From an uncultured Planctomycetia bacterium (GTDB lineage: Bacteria; 4484-113; JAGGVC01): a stretch of DNA of 64,000 nucleotides. The position numbers were made by a program, and so were the translations under genes. This document shows positions 38,530 to 48,437 of the stretch, piece after piece (position 1 is the first letter of the stretch; each line of letters opens with the position of its first letter). The stretch covers positions 336,215-400,214 of the forward strand of contig CAYMAI010000001.1 of assembly GCA_964388445.1 (NCBI GenBank), in the 5' to 3' direction. The notes beneath the pieces were generated by a model, which worked only from the letters and a program-made list of their open reading frames with translations, made no database searches and had not been told where the DNA came from.

Positions 38530-38962
38530 TCGTAATAGACTTGTAAAAAATCGCGAACAAAGTTAAAATGTATAAGTCTGTACAATCGGCGAAGAACATG
38601 CTGTATCTTCAGCGCTAGTGCAGCAGGCGAATGGCCCGCCCGGCCGCCATACCGGGCGATGCGGATGTACGAGTGGCCCGGGGTTGCCGCCGGAAGTTCG
38701 CAAAACCGGCAGCAGGCGGATTTTTCCGCCGGATCGCCGGCGGATAAGGCTCCGGCTCCGGCCGGAAGAGGGATGAGGCTTGCGCTGCCAGCCGACGGCG
38801 AAGCAGCGCGGTGGATTCCTAACTCAGTCATCACCGCATCCGGGCGGGAAAGCGTGACCTGCCCGGGTGCGGAATGAATGACGGGTTAAAGAAGCCGGTC
38901 CGCAAATCCAACCAGCGTACCCCGGCAAACGTCTTGGCATTAAAGCGCTTGGCATCGCTTGG

Positions 38963-39002
38963 AAATGGCGGCACCCCCGCCATTTTTTCTTTGCCGTTTT
39001 TT
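38963..39002 (+). terminator. Intrinsic terminator-like hairpin with U-tract
   Basis: 9-bp stem AAATGGCGG / CCGCCATTT with 5-nt loop, then TTTCTTTGCCGTTTTTT; about 85 bp upstream of the sugar transferase gene and closing a ~400 nt non-coding stretch. Confidence 0.5.
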
Positions 39003-39085
39003 GAATCGGCGCTTCCAGCTTGCAGTTTCACAATTGGTTACGCCTCTATTGCTATCCCGGTCTGCCTTTCTGTTAAAATGACGGC

Positions 39086-40522
39086 GTGGCAAACGGCGAT
39101 CCGGGTTACCCCGCATCCAGCGGCGCATCCTCCATCGGCAACCTCGCAAGCGGCGAGGGCGTACCCGTATCTTGGATTCATTTGGTTTTGGAAGCGGCAG
39201 TATTTTTTTCGGCATTCGCGGCGGCGCATACTTTGAGATTCGCCACTTCGATTTTCCCCGCACCGACCGAGTTTATTCCGCTGTCGAAGTACATATATTT
39301 CGCTGCCTTAATCGCTCCGGTGTGGCTTCTTTTGCATCTCGGGCATGGCCTATATTTCCAAAAAATTCACGCTTCGTTTTCGGAGGAGTTCGGCGCGCTC
39401 GTGAACGCCCAAACGCAGGGCTTTCTTATGTTGATTATGCTCAGCTTTTTCGAGCGCGATTTTCCGTCCAGTAGAATCACACTGCTTTTAATTCTGGCGG
39501 CATGTTTCGCCGGCTGCTTGCTTATGAGAATAGCGCTAAGGCTGGCGAAAAACTATATGCTCGCAAACGGGGTCGGCGTGCGGCCACTCATCGTCGTCGG
39601 CGAAAGCGTGCTCGGCGAGCTATTGATAAAACGAATCGAGCAAAACAGGTCGCTAGGTTTCATACTGGGCGAAAGGATTTCAATCGGCGGCGAAGATTCC
39701 GGCGATTGCGTGCGGGTATTGCGTCACCTCATTGCGGAACGCATCGAAACGCCTGCCGTTCTGGTCGCCGCAACGCTGCCGGACGACAAGCTCGCCGCGA
39801 TTATCGCGGAGTGTCATCGCAGCGGCGTGGAGTGCATACTCCCGTCCGAAAAGAGCGCCGCAGCCGGACTGCCGGCTACCGCGGTCACGATGGAAGGCGT
39901 TCCCGTCGTTAAAATCGTTTCCGCGGGCGAACTTGCATGGCTTAGGCTCAAGAAGCGGACATTCGACCTTGCCGTGGTCGCTCTTACGTCGCCTCTTTGG
40001 CTTCCGCTTTTGATTATCGTCGCGATATTATCGCTATTGCTGCAGGGCGCTCCGGTGTTTTTCACTCATCTGCGGCTCGGAAGGCGCGGGCGGATAATAC
40101 CGACGTATAAATTCCGCACGATGGTGAAAGATGCAGACAAACTTCCGCCGCCCGATGAATTCGCGGAAGGCTTCAAGGCGAAAGACGACCCTCGCATTAC
40201 GCAATTCGGCAAAATTTTGCGCAAGACGAGTTTGGACGAGCTTCCGCAAATAATCAATATAATTCGCGGCGACATAAGTCTTGTCGGGCCGCGTCCCATT
40301 GTAACTGGCGAGCTTGAAAAATACGGCGCTTGGGGCGGGCTGCTTTTGAGCGTGCCGCCGGGACTGACCGGGCTTTGGCAAGTGAGCGGCAGAAGCGACC
40401 TTAGCTATGCCCAGCGCGTGGAGCTTGACGCCTATTACATTCACAACTGGTCGCTCGCCCTCGACGTGCGGATACTTTTGCAAACTCTCCCCGCCGTGCT
40501 GAAAAGGCGGGGCGCATATTGA
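39086..40522 (+). CDS. Polyprenyl glycosylphosphotransferase (bacterial sugar transferase, WbaP/WcaJ/EpsL-like)
   Basis: N-terminal TM helices, central Rossmann-like region, C-terminal Bac_transf-like motifs (KFRTMVKDAD, DELPQIINIIRGDISLVGPRP). Confidence 0.85.
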   Translation: MANGDPGYPASSGASSIGNLASGEGVPVSWIHLVLEAAVFFSAFAAAHTLRFATSIFPAPTEFIPLSKYIYFAALIAPVWLLLHLGHGLYFQKIHASFSEEFGALVNAQTQGFLMLIMLSFFERDFPSSRITLLLILAACFAGCLLMRIALRLAKNYMLANGVGVRPLIVVGESVLGELLIKRIEQNRSLGFILGERISIGGEDSGDCVRVLRHLIAERIETPAVLVAATLPDDKLAAIIAECHRSGVECILPSEKSAAAGLPATAVTMEGVPVVKIVSAGELAWLRLKKRTFDLAVVALTSPLWLPLLIIVAILSLLLQGAPVFFTHLRLGRRGRIIPTYKFRTMVKDADKLPPPDEFAEGFKAKDDPRITQFGKILRKTSLDELPQIINIIRGDISLVGPRPIVTGELEKYGAWGGLLLSVPPGLTGLWQVSGRSDLSYAQRVELDAYYIHNWSLALDVRILLQTLPAVLKRRGAY

Positions 40523-40525
40523 GGA

Positions 40526-41140
40526 TTGTCACGGTTAGCACAATCGCAAAACGCTTGCGGTGATAAAATACGCGGCGTGGAAATCCGCATCGAGCCAATG
40601 GAACTTCGTCATTTGGACGAGGTAATGGAAATCGAGCTGTACAGCTTCCCCACGCCGTGGGAAAGGCGAATGTACGAAATGGACATCGCGGAAAACGAGC
40701 GCAGCAGGTTTTACGTTGCGCTTGCAAATTCCAACGCGGCTTCCGCTGCTTCGCAATCTCCAGCTTCATCCGCGTATGCGCACGCGCGAAGCGCCGAAGT
40801 GGCGGGATATATCGGCAACTGGTTTATCATCGACGAATGTCATGTGGGGACGGTTGCGGTCAGCCGGGATTTTCGCGGGCTCGGCATTGCCAAGCTTATG
40901 CTCGGATATACCGCCGAAAAGGCGCTGGCCGAAGGCGTGACCCACATAATTCTCGAGGTAAGGGTAGGCAACGAAGCGGCAATCGGGTTGTATCACGGCT
41001 TGGGTTTCAAAATCGTCGGCAGGCGCAAGGGTTACTATCAGGACACCGGCGAGGATGCGCACCTGATGATGGCAACGAACCTTGAGGACATCGCGGCCAG
41101 ATATTCCGGCGCCGGCCCGGCGGGAGTGCGCGTCCTCTGA
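40526..41140 (+). CDS. GNAT N-acetyltransferase, RimI-like
   Basis: GNAT core (VAVSRDFRGLGIAKLMLGY...ILEVRVGNEAAIGLYHGLGFKIVG); start may be the internal ATG at 40598. Confidence 0.75.
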   Translation: MSRLAQSQNACGDKIRGVEIRIEPMELRHLDEVMEIELYSFPTPWERRMYEMDIAENERSRFYVALANSNAASAASQSPASSAYAHARSAEVAGYIGNWFIIDECHVGTVAVSRDFRGLGIAKLMLGYTAEKALAEGVTHIILEVRVGNEAAIGLYHGLGFKIVGRRKGYYQDTGEDAHLMMATNLEDIAARYSGAGPAGVRVL

Positions 41141-41182
41141 CGGCGCATGTTTGCAGCGGCAATCGGATTATCGGAGGGGAAA

Positions 41183-42526
41183 ATGGAGAAGTTTTTCCGG
41201 CTTAGGGAAAGCGGGACGGACGTACGCACCGAAGTCATCGCGGGCGTGACGACGTTTATGACGATGGCATACATAATCTTCGTCAATCCCGCAATTTTGT
41301 CGAGTCCGCATGGCGCGGCGATGCCGTTCGAGGGCGTAATGGCCGCAACGTGCATATCGAGCGCGCTTGCCACGCTTCTTATGGCGGTTTTCGCCAGATA
41401 TCCAATCGCGCTTGCGCCGGGAATGGGGCTTAACGCGCTATTCAGCTTCACAATTTGCGGCGCGATGGGCGTGCCTTGGCAGACCGCGCTCGGAATGGTT
41501 TTCATCAGCGGCACGATATTCACGGTTCTCACGTTCGTCAAAGCGCGCCAGATGCTGGTGGATTCCATTCCCATAAACTTAAAGCTCGCCATCGCGGTGG
41601 GCGTGGGTTTCTTTATCGCTTTCATCGGGCTGAAAGACGCCGGGCTTATCGTTGCCGACCCGAACACTTTCGTCAAACTCGGCTCGTTCAAAGAACCGGC
41701 GGTGCTATTGTCCGTTTTCGGACTATTGCTCACCACCGGGCTTTACGCTCGCGGCGTCAAAGGCGCGATTTTAATCGGCATTTTCGCGACCGGAATAGCT
41801 GGGCTCGCATTCGGAATAATCAAGTACGAAGGCGTTTTCGGCTATGCCGACGTGTCGAGCGTGGCGTTCAAACTGGACATTTTGCACGCGCTCAGCTTCG
41901 CGTTCGTCGTGCCGATTTTGGTGCTTTTGTTTTTCGATATGTTCGACACAATCGGAACGCTTATCGGGGTCGGCGAGCGAAGCGGTTTTCTGAAGGACGG
42001 CAAGCTGCCGCGAATCACGCAGGCGCTTGCCAGCGATTCCATAGGCACAATCGCCGGTTCGCTTTCCGGAACGAGCACGGTGACGAGCTATATCGAAAGC
42101 CTGACGGGCATCGCGGCGGGCGGTCGCACGGGACTCGCGAGCGTTGTCACGGCCGTTTTGTTTTTATCAGCGCTGTTCTTCGCGCCGGTCGCGCGAATGT
42201 TCGGCGGCGGCATCATTCCTTCATGGGCGCTTGCCGACGCGCCGGTTTTTCTTTTCCCCGTAACCGCGCCGGCGCTGATCATCGTCGGATATTTCATGAC
42301 GCAGAGCATAATAAAAATCGACTTCAAAGACCCTTCCGAGGCAATTCCAGCGTTCCTTACGATAATCCTTATGCCGCTTACTTTCAGCATCGCGGAAGGG
42401 CTGGCAATCGGGTTTATCAGCTATCCGGTCCTGAAAATCGCCTGCGGAAAATATTCCGACGTCTCTCCGCTCGTTTATATTCTTGCGCTCCTGTTCGTGC
42501 TGCGATACGCGTTTTTGCTGACGTGA
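41183..42526 (+). CDS. NCS2-family nucleobase permease (AzgA-like)
   Basis: N-terminus FRLRESGTDVRTEVIAGVTTFMTMAYIIFVNPAILS typical of AzgA-type permeases; start at internal ATG 41183. Confidence 0.8.
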   Translation: MEKFFRLRESGTDVRTEVIAGVTTFMTMAYIIFVNPAILSSPHGAAMPFEGVMAATCISSALATLLMAVFARYPIALAPGMGLNALFSFTICGAMGVPWQTALGMVFISGTIFTVLTFVKARQMLVDSIPINLKLAIAVGVGFFIAFIGLKDAGLIVADPNTFVKLGSFKEPAVLLSVFGLLLTTGLYARGVKGAILIGIFATGIAGLAFGIIKYEGVFGYADVSSVAFKLDILHALSFAFVVPILVLLFFDMFDTIGTLIGVGERSGFLKDGKLPRITQALASDSIGTIAGSLSGTSTVTSYIESLTGIAAGGRTGLASVVTAVLFLSALFFAPVARMFGGGIIPSWALADAPVFLFPVTAPALIIVGYFMTQSIIKIDFKDPSEAIPAFLTIILMPLTFSIAEGLAIGFISYPVLKIACGKYSDVSPLVYILALLFVLRYAFLLT

Positions 42527-42663
42527 TTCCTTCCGGAACGCGGCTGGCGTTAATGCAGGCGAAGTCTGCCTTTGCATAAGCGGTCCTAACGAGTTCACAA
42601 GCCGTTTCTCGCGCCTTCGCCCGATTTTCTTGACACGATGCGCCTCGCGCCATATACTTGCGG

Positions 42664-42735
42664 TGCGGGGTGGAGCGGTGGTAGCTCATCGGGCTCATAA
42701 CCCGAAGGTCGGGGGTTCAAATCCCCCCCCCGCAA
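42664..42735 (+). tRNA. tRNA-Met (anticodon CAT)
   Basis: Manual cloverleaf fold: 7-bp acceptor stem TGCGGGG/CCCCGCA, D-arm GAGC/GCTC, anticodon stem TCGGG/CCCGA with loop CTCATAA, T-arm GGGGG-TTCAAAT-CCCCC; CCA not encoded. Elongator Met versus lysidine Ile2 not distinguishable. Confidence 0.8.
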
Positions 42736-42807
42736 TTTAATTCCATCGCTCCCGGCCCTATTTTCAATCCAAAGCCTGCCCATAGGCACTTTCCGGCCGC
42801 AAAAAAA

Positions 42808-42841
42808 CGGCGGGGGTAAACCCCGCCGCTACCTGTTTTTT
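42808..42841. terminator. Bidirectional intrinsic terminator between tRNA-Met and rho
   Basis: 8-bp GC stem CGGCGGGG-TAAA-CCCCGCCG flanked by AAAAAAA upstream and TTTTTT downstream. Confidence 0.6.
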
Positions 42842-42926
42842 GCCATCCGCACCGAACAGAAATCGCGGAAATCGGCGCACGGAGAAACTCGTGCGTACAA
42901 TGGCTTGACGTCGATTAATGCGGCAA

Positions 42927-44864
42927 TCAATACCCGCCGGAGTCCACGGCCTTCTGCACCTGCAGGAGCAGCTCGACGTTGCTCTTCGTTTTGATGAGCT
43001 TGCTGATGAGCCTGTTCATCCGCTCCGCCTCGTCCATTTCGGCAATCATCTTGCGAAGCTGCCACAGGCAATCCATTTCGTCGGGATTGTAAAGAAGCTC
43101 CTCGTGACGAGTGCCGCTCTTCAACAGGTCGATGGCTGGGAATATTCGCTTGTCCGCAAGCTCCCGCATAAGGTGGATTTCGCTGTTCGCCGTGCCTTTG
43201 AATTCTTCGTAAATGATGTCGTCGAGGCGCGAGCCGGTTTCGACGAGCGCGCTCGAAAGAATCGTCAGGCTTCCGCCGCCCTCGATGTTGCGCGCCGCGC
43301 CGAGAAAGCGCTTGGGTTTGTGCAGAGAGTTCGGGTCGAGACCGCCGGTCAGCGTCTTGCCGCTGGGCGGGCAGGTCAAGTTGTACGCGCGGGCGAGTCT
43401 GGTGAGGCTGTCGAGAAGTATCATCACGTCTTTGCCCTGTTCCACGCGGCGCTTGGCATATTCGATTGCAAGCTCCGCCGTTTGGATGTGGCTTTCCGGC
43501 TTTTCGTCGAACGTGGACGAAATGACGAGGCCTTGGATGTTGCGCTCGAAGTCGGTCACTTCTTCTGGGCGCTCGTCGATGAGTAGTGCGATAAGCTCGA
43601 TTTCGGGATGATTGCGCGCCACGGACGCCGCGATTTTCTTCAAAAGGACGGTTTTGCCGGCCTTGGGTTTCGCCACGATTATGCCGCGCTGGCCGCGCCC
43701 GATTGGCGAAAACAGGTCGAGAAGCCGGGTGCTGGTTTCGAACTGGTCGGTTTCGAGAAATATCCGCTGGTCGGGGTAAATCGGAACGAGCTTTTCGAAC
43801 GGCGTCGGGATACGGTAAGAGTCGGGATAGTGCCCGTTTATTTTGTCGATTTTGACGACGCTCTTATAGCGTTCCTGATCGCGCGGCGGCCTTATGGTGC
43901 CTACCACGACGTCGCCGGAACGAAGTCCGAATTTCTTGATTTGGCTGATGCTTACGTAAATGTCTTCTTCGCCGTAACGGAATTCCTTCTGGCGGATGAA
44001 CCCGTAAGTGCCGTCGGGATGTATATCCAGAACTCCCTTCTGAGCTTCTCCGTCGCCGGACGCCTGAGGTTGATAAGCGGTACGCTTAGCTTGTTGGACG
44101 CGCTGTTCGCTCTTGGGCGGTCTGCCGCGCCTCGGACGGTCGTCGCGCTGAGGTTCGTCCGCGGCGATTTCGTTGTCAATGTCGTCATATACCGGCGCAC
44201 GCTCGGGAGTTTTTTCCCGTGAGCCGAAGTCTTTGCTTACAGGCGGCTCGACGATTTCCTCTTCTTCCTCTTCGTACACTTCCGGTGTTCTGGCTCTGGC
44301 GGGACCGGCCTGGCGAACCGGCTCGGGCCTTTCTTCCTCTTCTTCCCGTTCTTCGCGCACGTATGCCGGCGGCTCGCGCTTTACAACGGGGCGAAGCGGC
44401 TCGCGCTGAACGGCAGGCGGCGAATACTCGCGGCGCGCCGCGGGACGCTGAGGTTCGGGCTCGATTTCGTCCACCCCACCATCCCGGAGTTCGAATTCGT
44501 CTTCGTATTCGTCCGGATCGGGCAAGGGAGCGGGCTTGGGGATCGGCGGCCGTTCGTACGGCTTGCGCGCGGGAACGAAGGAATCTCTGGTCGGCCCGGG
44601 GCGAGACCTTTCCTCCTCGCTCTTGGCATCTTGCACCGCTTCGATTTCCTTGGGCGCTGCGTGCGTTTTGGGCGCTCCCGGCGCACTCACGATGCTTACC
44701 GAAACCTTTCTGAAAAGCACGCGCTCGACGTCCATTATTTCGTCGATGATTTCGTTCTTTTTAAGCTTTCGGTAATTTTTGATTCCCCTTTCCTTGGCGA
44801 GATCGTAAAGATCGTTAAGGGTCATCGCCTCAAGCTCTTCAGCGCTTCTGGACCTGTTCGACAT
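42927..44864 (-). CDS. rho: Transcription termination factor Rho with long low-complexity N-terminal insertion
   Basis: 645 aa; Rho N-terminus (LNDLYDLAKERGIKNYRKLKKNEIIDEI), ~230 aa Arg/Glu/Pro-rich insertion, then RNA-binding and RecA-type ATPase core (Walker A GKTVLL). Confidence 0.95.
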   Translation of the reverse strand: MSNRSRSAEELEAMTLNDLYDLAKERGIKNYRKLKKNEIIDEIMDVERVLFRKVSVSIVSAPGAPKTHAAPKEIEAVQDAKSEEERSRPGPTRDSFVPARKPYERPPIPKPAPLPDPDEYEDEFELRDGGVDEIEPEPQRPAARREYSPPAVQREPLRPVVKREPPAYVREEREEEEERPEPVRQAGPARARTPEVYEEEEEEIVEPPVSKDFGSREKTPERAPVYDDIDNEIAADEPQRDDRPRRGRPPKSEQRVQQAKRTAYQPQASGDGEAQKGVLDIHPDGTYGFIRQKEFRYGEEDIYVSISQIKKFGLRSGDVVVGTIRPPRDQERYKSVVKIDKINGHYPDSYRIPTPFEKLVPIYPDQRIFLETDQFETSTRLLDLFSPIGRGQRGIIVAKPKAGKTVLLKKIAASVARNHPEIELIALLIDERPEEVTDFERNIQGLVISSTFDEKPESHIQTAELAIEYAKRRVEQGKDVMILLDSLTRLARAYNLTCPPSGKTLTGGLDPNSLHKPKRFLGAARNIEGGGSLTILSSALVETGSRLDDIIYEEFKGTANSEIHLMRELADKRIFPAIDLLKSGTRHEELLYNPDEMDCLWQLRKMIAEMDEAERMNRLISKLIKTKSNVELLLQVQKAVDSGGY

Positions 44865-44903
44865 TTGTTTAACTCCAATCCTTGAAAAATACGGGATTCA
44901 CAT

Positions 44904-45431
44904 CTAGTTGATCGCGTAGATGTCTTTGAACTGACGATACTTGTGCTCGAAATCGAGACCGTAGCCCACTACGTAATGATCGGGAATTTTGAAGCCGACG
45001 TAGTCGAGAGTCAAATCCACTTTACGTCTGCTGGGGCGGTCAAGAAGACTTGCAAGCGCCAGGCTTGCCACCTTGCGGGTCCGGAGATTACGCTCGATGT
45101 AATGAAGCGTAAGCCCGGTGTCTATTATATCCTCTATTACCAGAACATGTCTACTTTCGATGTCTTCGTCAAGATCTTTCGTGATTCGCACCACTCCGCT
45201 CGATTCCGTTCCGTGATAGCTCGCGACCGAAAGGAAGTCGAACGTAACAGGCACGTCAATCGCCCTGACGATGTCCGCGAGAAAGTAGGCAGCGCCTTTA
45301 AGGACGCAGATAATATGCAGTTCCTTTCCGTCATAGCGCGCGGAAATTTCCCGTCCGAGTTCTTCAACCCGCCGGGCGATGTCTTCCTGGGAAAGTAAAA
45401 GCTTGAAATGTGGAGGAATTTTAAGAGTCAT
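44904..45431 (-). CDS. hpt: Hypoxanthine-guanine phosphoribosyltransferase
   Basis: 175 aa with PRPP-binding motif (VLVIEDIIDTGLT) and Hpt-like overall sequence. Confidence 0.9.
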   Translation of the reverse strand: MTLKIPPHFKLLLSQEDIARRVEELGREISARYDGKELHIICVLKGAAYFLADIVRAIDVPVTFDFLSVASYHGTESSGVVRITKDLDEDIESRHVLVIEDIIDTGLTLHYIERNLRTRKVASLALASLLDRPSRRKVDLTLDYVGFKIPDHYVVGYGLDFEHKYRQFKDIYAIN

Positions 45432-45492
45432 AAACAGCCCCGTAAGTCATTATAGCATTCTTGCGCGCGCGCAAGCCCTCGCGCCGAAACGA

Positions 45493-47052
45493 TTACTCCC
45501 ACTCTATGGTCCCCGGCGGTTTCGAGGTGATGTCGAGAACCACCCGCACCACGCCGCGCACTTCGTTAAGCACCCGGTTCGCGATTTTGTCCAACACTTC
45601 GTACGGTACGCGCGTCCAATCGGCCGTCATCTCGTCGTCGCTCGAAACGGCGCGGATAACCACCGGATAGCCGTACGCCCGCGCGTCGCCGGTGACGCCT
45701 GTCGTTTTCACCGTCGGAAGCACGCCGAACGCGCGTGTCCTGCCGTCATAGAGGTTCGCCGCGATAATTTCTTGGCGAATAATCGCGTCGGCTTCCTGAA
45801 GTATTTCTATTCGTTCGCTCGTCACTTCGCCGACGATTCTGATGCCGAGACCCGGGCCGGGAAACGGCGGGCGGTAGGCGATCGAATCGGGAAGCCCAAG
45901 TTCCACGGCAAGCGTGCGGATTTCGTCCTTGAAAAGGTCCCGCAGCGGTTCGATGAGCGCAAGATTCATTTTTTCGGGAAGACCGCCGACGTTATGGTGG
46001 CTTTTGATTACGTGCGCATGGTGGCCTATTCCGCTCGATTCGATGATGTCGGGATAGCTCGTGCCCTGAGCCAAATATTTAATGCCTTCAAGCTTCGCGG
46101 CTTCCTCTTCGAACACCCTTATGAATTCCTCGCCGATAATCTTGCGCTTTCGTTCCGGCTCGTCCACGCCGGCAAGTTTTTCGAGGAATCTTTCGCTCGC
46201 GTCTATTCTTATGAGCTTACTGTGGAAGCTGGCGTTGAACGCCTCTTCCACTTCGTCCGCCTCGCCCAGGCGCATCATTCCGTGGTCAACGAACACGCAA
46301 ACCAGTTGTTCGCCGATTGCCCTGTCCACTATAGCGGCCGTAGTTAGGCTGTCCACGCCGCCGCTGAGCGCGCAAAGCACCTTTTCGCCGCCCACTTTTT
46401 CGCCGATATCCTTGACGCTGCGTTTGATGAAATCGGCCATTTTCCACTTCGGCTCGGCGCCGCACACGCGATATAGAAAATTCGCGAGAAGGTCTTTGCC
46501 CCAAGGCGTATGGGTAACTTCAGGATGAAATTGGACGCCGTAAATTTTCCGTTCGCGATTTTCGAAGCTGGCGACCGGAGTATTAAGCGTATGACTGGTC
46601 GAAACGAATCCTTCCGGCGAGACCGCCGTGATGTCGCCATGACTCATCCAGCAAATCAAGTCGGGGTTCAATCCGTGATAGAGCAGGCTCGTTTCGTCCG
46701 TTACGGTAAGCTCGGTCTTGCCGAACTCGCGGTGTTTCGCGCCGGTAACCTCCACGCCGAAAACCTTGCCGACAAGCTGCATTCCATAGCAGATTCCGAG
46801 AATGGGAACTCCTAGCTCGAAAATGCCCGAATCCACTTCGGGGCTGCCGTATTGATAGACGCTGTTCGGGCCGCCGGAGAGAATTATTCCCGCGGGAGAC
46901 ATTTTCTTTAACTCTTCCGCGGTCAATGTGTTGTTGAAAATCTCGCTATAAACCTTGAGTTCGCGTATCCGGCGCGCGATCAGCTGGGTGTACTGCGACC
47001 CGAGATCGACTATCGCTACTTTGTCGAAATTGCCTTTCGCTTGCCAGACCAT
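45493..47052 (-). CDS. guaA: GMP synthase (glutamine-hydrolysing)
   Basis: 519 aa; class I glutamine amidotransferase N-terminus, ATP-pyrophosphatase SGGVDS motif, GMP synthase C-terminus. Confidence 0.95.
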   Translation of the reverse strand: MVWQAKGNFDKVAIVDLGSQYTQLIARRIRELKVYSEIFNNTLTAEELKKMSPAGIILSGGPNSVYQYGSPEVDSGIFELGVPILGICYGMQLVGKVFGVEVTGAKHREFGKTELTVTDETSLLYHGLNPDLICWMSHGDITAVSPEGFVSTSHTLNTPVASFENRERKIYGVQFHPEVTHTPWGKDLLANFLYRVCGAEPKWKMADFIKRSVKDIGEKVGGEKVLCALSGGVDSLTTAAIVDRAIGEQLVCVFVDHGMMRLGEADEVEEAFNASFHSKLIRIDASERFLEKLAGVDEPERKRKIIGEEFIRVFEEEAAKLEGIKYLAQGTSYPDIIESSGIGHHAHVIKSHHNVGGLPEKMNLALIEPLRDLFKDEIRTLAVELGLPDSIAYRPPFPGPGLGIRIVGEVTSERIEILQEADAIIRQEIIAANLYDGRTRAFGVLPTVKTTGVTGDARAYGYPVVIRAVSSDDEMTADWTRVPYEVLDKIANRVLNEVRGVVRVVLDITSKPPGTIEWE

Positions 47053-47107
47053 AAGTGAACCTTCGCCCGCACGAAGCGGACATAACTTATACGATTATCG
47101 AAACCCT

Positions 47108-48268
47108 TTACGGCCGCTGCTTAAGTTGAAGCGATTTGCCTTCGGTTCTGAAGCTGGTGCTAACGTAAAGCGAGGTTTTTTGAAATTCCTTTATCGTCGC
47201 CGCGCCGGCAAGCCCCATACTGCTTCTGATGCCGCCAGTTATGTTCTGCGTGCCGTTAGAAACTCTCGCCGGTCCGAACAGCACTTGTTCGATGGACACT
47301 CCGCCATCCGATTTGACGCGCGTGCCCCTCGGCAGATTCGGATGCGGCGCCGCCATTCCCCAATGATACGGATGCGCCGGCGCTTCCGGGCAGCCGGTGA
47401 ATACGCTGCCGAACATTACCGCGTCCGCCCCGGCCGCAAGGCACTTGGCGACTTGCCCGGAGGTGCGCATTCCCCCGTCCGTTATGACTGCCACGCGCTT
47501 TCCGGTCTCGCGTTCGAAGTCGTCGCGGGCGTCCGCGGCTTCTGCGGTCGCCGTAATCTGGGGTACGCCCACGCCCGTCACGTCTCTCGTCGTACATGCC
47601 TGTCCGGGGCCGACGCCGATTAAAATGCCGTCCGAGCCTGCGCGCATAAGTTCGAGCGCAACTTCGTATCCCACGCAATTGCCGACGATTAACGGAACCT
47701 TCGCATCCCATGTTGACGAAACGAGATCGCCGATGTCGAGAACCTCGCCGGATTTGCTTCTGTGTTTCGGGCTCGTCACCGTGCTTTGAACCACGAGTAT
47801 TTCCGCCCCCGACTCTCTCGCGGCTTCCCAATAGCGCTTGACTCCGAGAGGCGTGAGACTGACCGCGGCGATTGCGCCTTCGTCTTTCAGCGCCTTCACG
47901 GAGCGCACTACAAGTTCTTCCGTAACCGGCCTGGCGCTGTAAACCTCTTGAAGAATCGGCGTCGCTTCATCGTCCGAAGCAGCCGCGATTTTGGAGAGAA
48001 CTTCATAAGGATTTTCATACCTTCCCCAAACGCCTTCCAAATTCAGCACCGCGAATCCGCCGAATTTCGTAAAGCGCGCCGCCATTTTAGGATCAACCAC
48101 GCTGTCCATCGCCGCCGCGATAATGGGCAGCGCGAACGTCCGGTCGCCTATGGCGAAGCTAAGGTCCACGTCGTCGGGGTCAACGGTGGAAGCGGATGGC
48201 GCAAGCGACACGTCGTCGAAACCCAGTGCCAGCCTCGCCTTCCTGTATTTGGATATAAGGAACTCCAC
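47108..48268 (-). CDS. IMP dehydrogenase / GMP reductase family protein (no CBS pair evident)
   Basis: 386 aa TIM-barrel IMPDH-family sequence (PIIAAAMDSVV...GILIGVGPGQACTTRDVTGVGVPQ); size fits CBS-less IMPDH-like or GMP reductase; assignment open. Confidence 0.75.
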   Translation of the reverse strand: MEFLISKYRKARLALGFDDVSLAPSASTVDPDDVDLSFAIGDRTFALPIIAAAMDSVVDPKMAARFTKFGGFAVLNLEGVWGRYENPYEVLSKIAAASDDEATPILQEVYSARPVTEELVVRSVKALKDEGAIAAVSLTPLGVKRYWEAARESGAEILVVQSTVTSPKHRSKSGEVLDIGDLVSSTWDAKVPLIVGNCVGYEVALELMRAGSDGILIGVGPGQACTTRDVTGVGVPQITATAEAADARDDFERETGKRVAVITDGGMRTSGQVAKCLAAGADAVMFGSVFTGCPEAPAHPYHWGMAAPHPNLPRGTRVKSDGGVSIEQVLFGPARVSNGTQNITGGIRSSMGLAGAATIKEFQKTSLYVSTSFRTEGKSLQLKQRP

Positions 48269-48437
48269 TATGGAACCGTCCTGGGAAAAAAGTAGGGCGA
48301 AGAATCTCCCGAAGATGCGGCAGTATATACAACGTTATGTGAACGGTGTCAACAGCGGCGGGCTTCGGGTGAAATCTCTTATACCCGCTTTCACAAAGAA
48401 TATCGCCGCCCCGGGCCGATTGTGGTAAATTCCACGC

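Noticed and set aside
38560-38960. RNase P RNA, tmRNA or SRP RNA in the 400 nt non-coding stretch
   Set aside because: No match by eye to hallmark motifs (GGAAAGTCCGGGC, ACAGAACCCGGCTTA for RNase P; tag-peptide frame and tRNA-like 3' end for tmRNA; GGAAG...AGCAGCC helix for SRP). Left as an unclassified candidate RNA.
42723-42731. Nine-C homopolymer as a possible phase-variation tract
   Set aside because: It forms the T-stem and acceptor 3' strand of the tRNA-Met gene (pairs with GGGGG and TGCGGGG), so it is structural.
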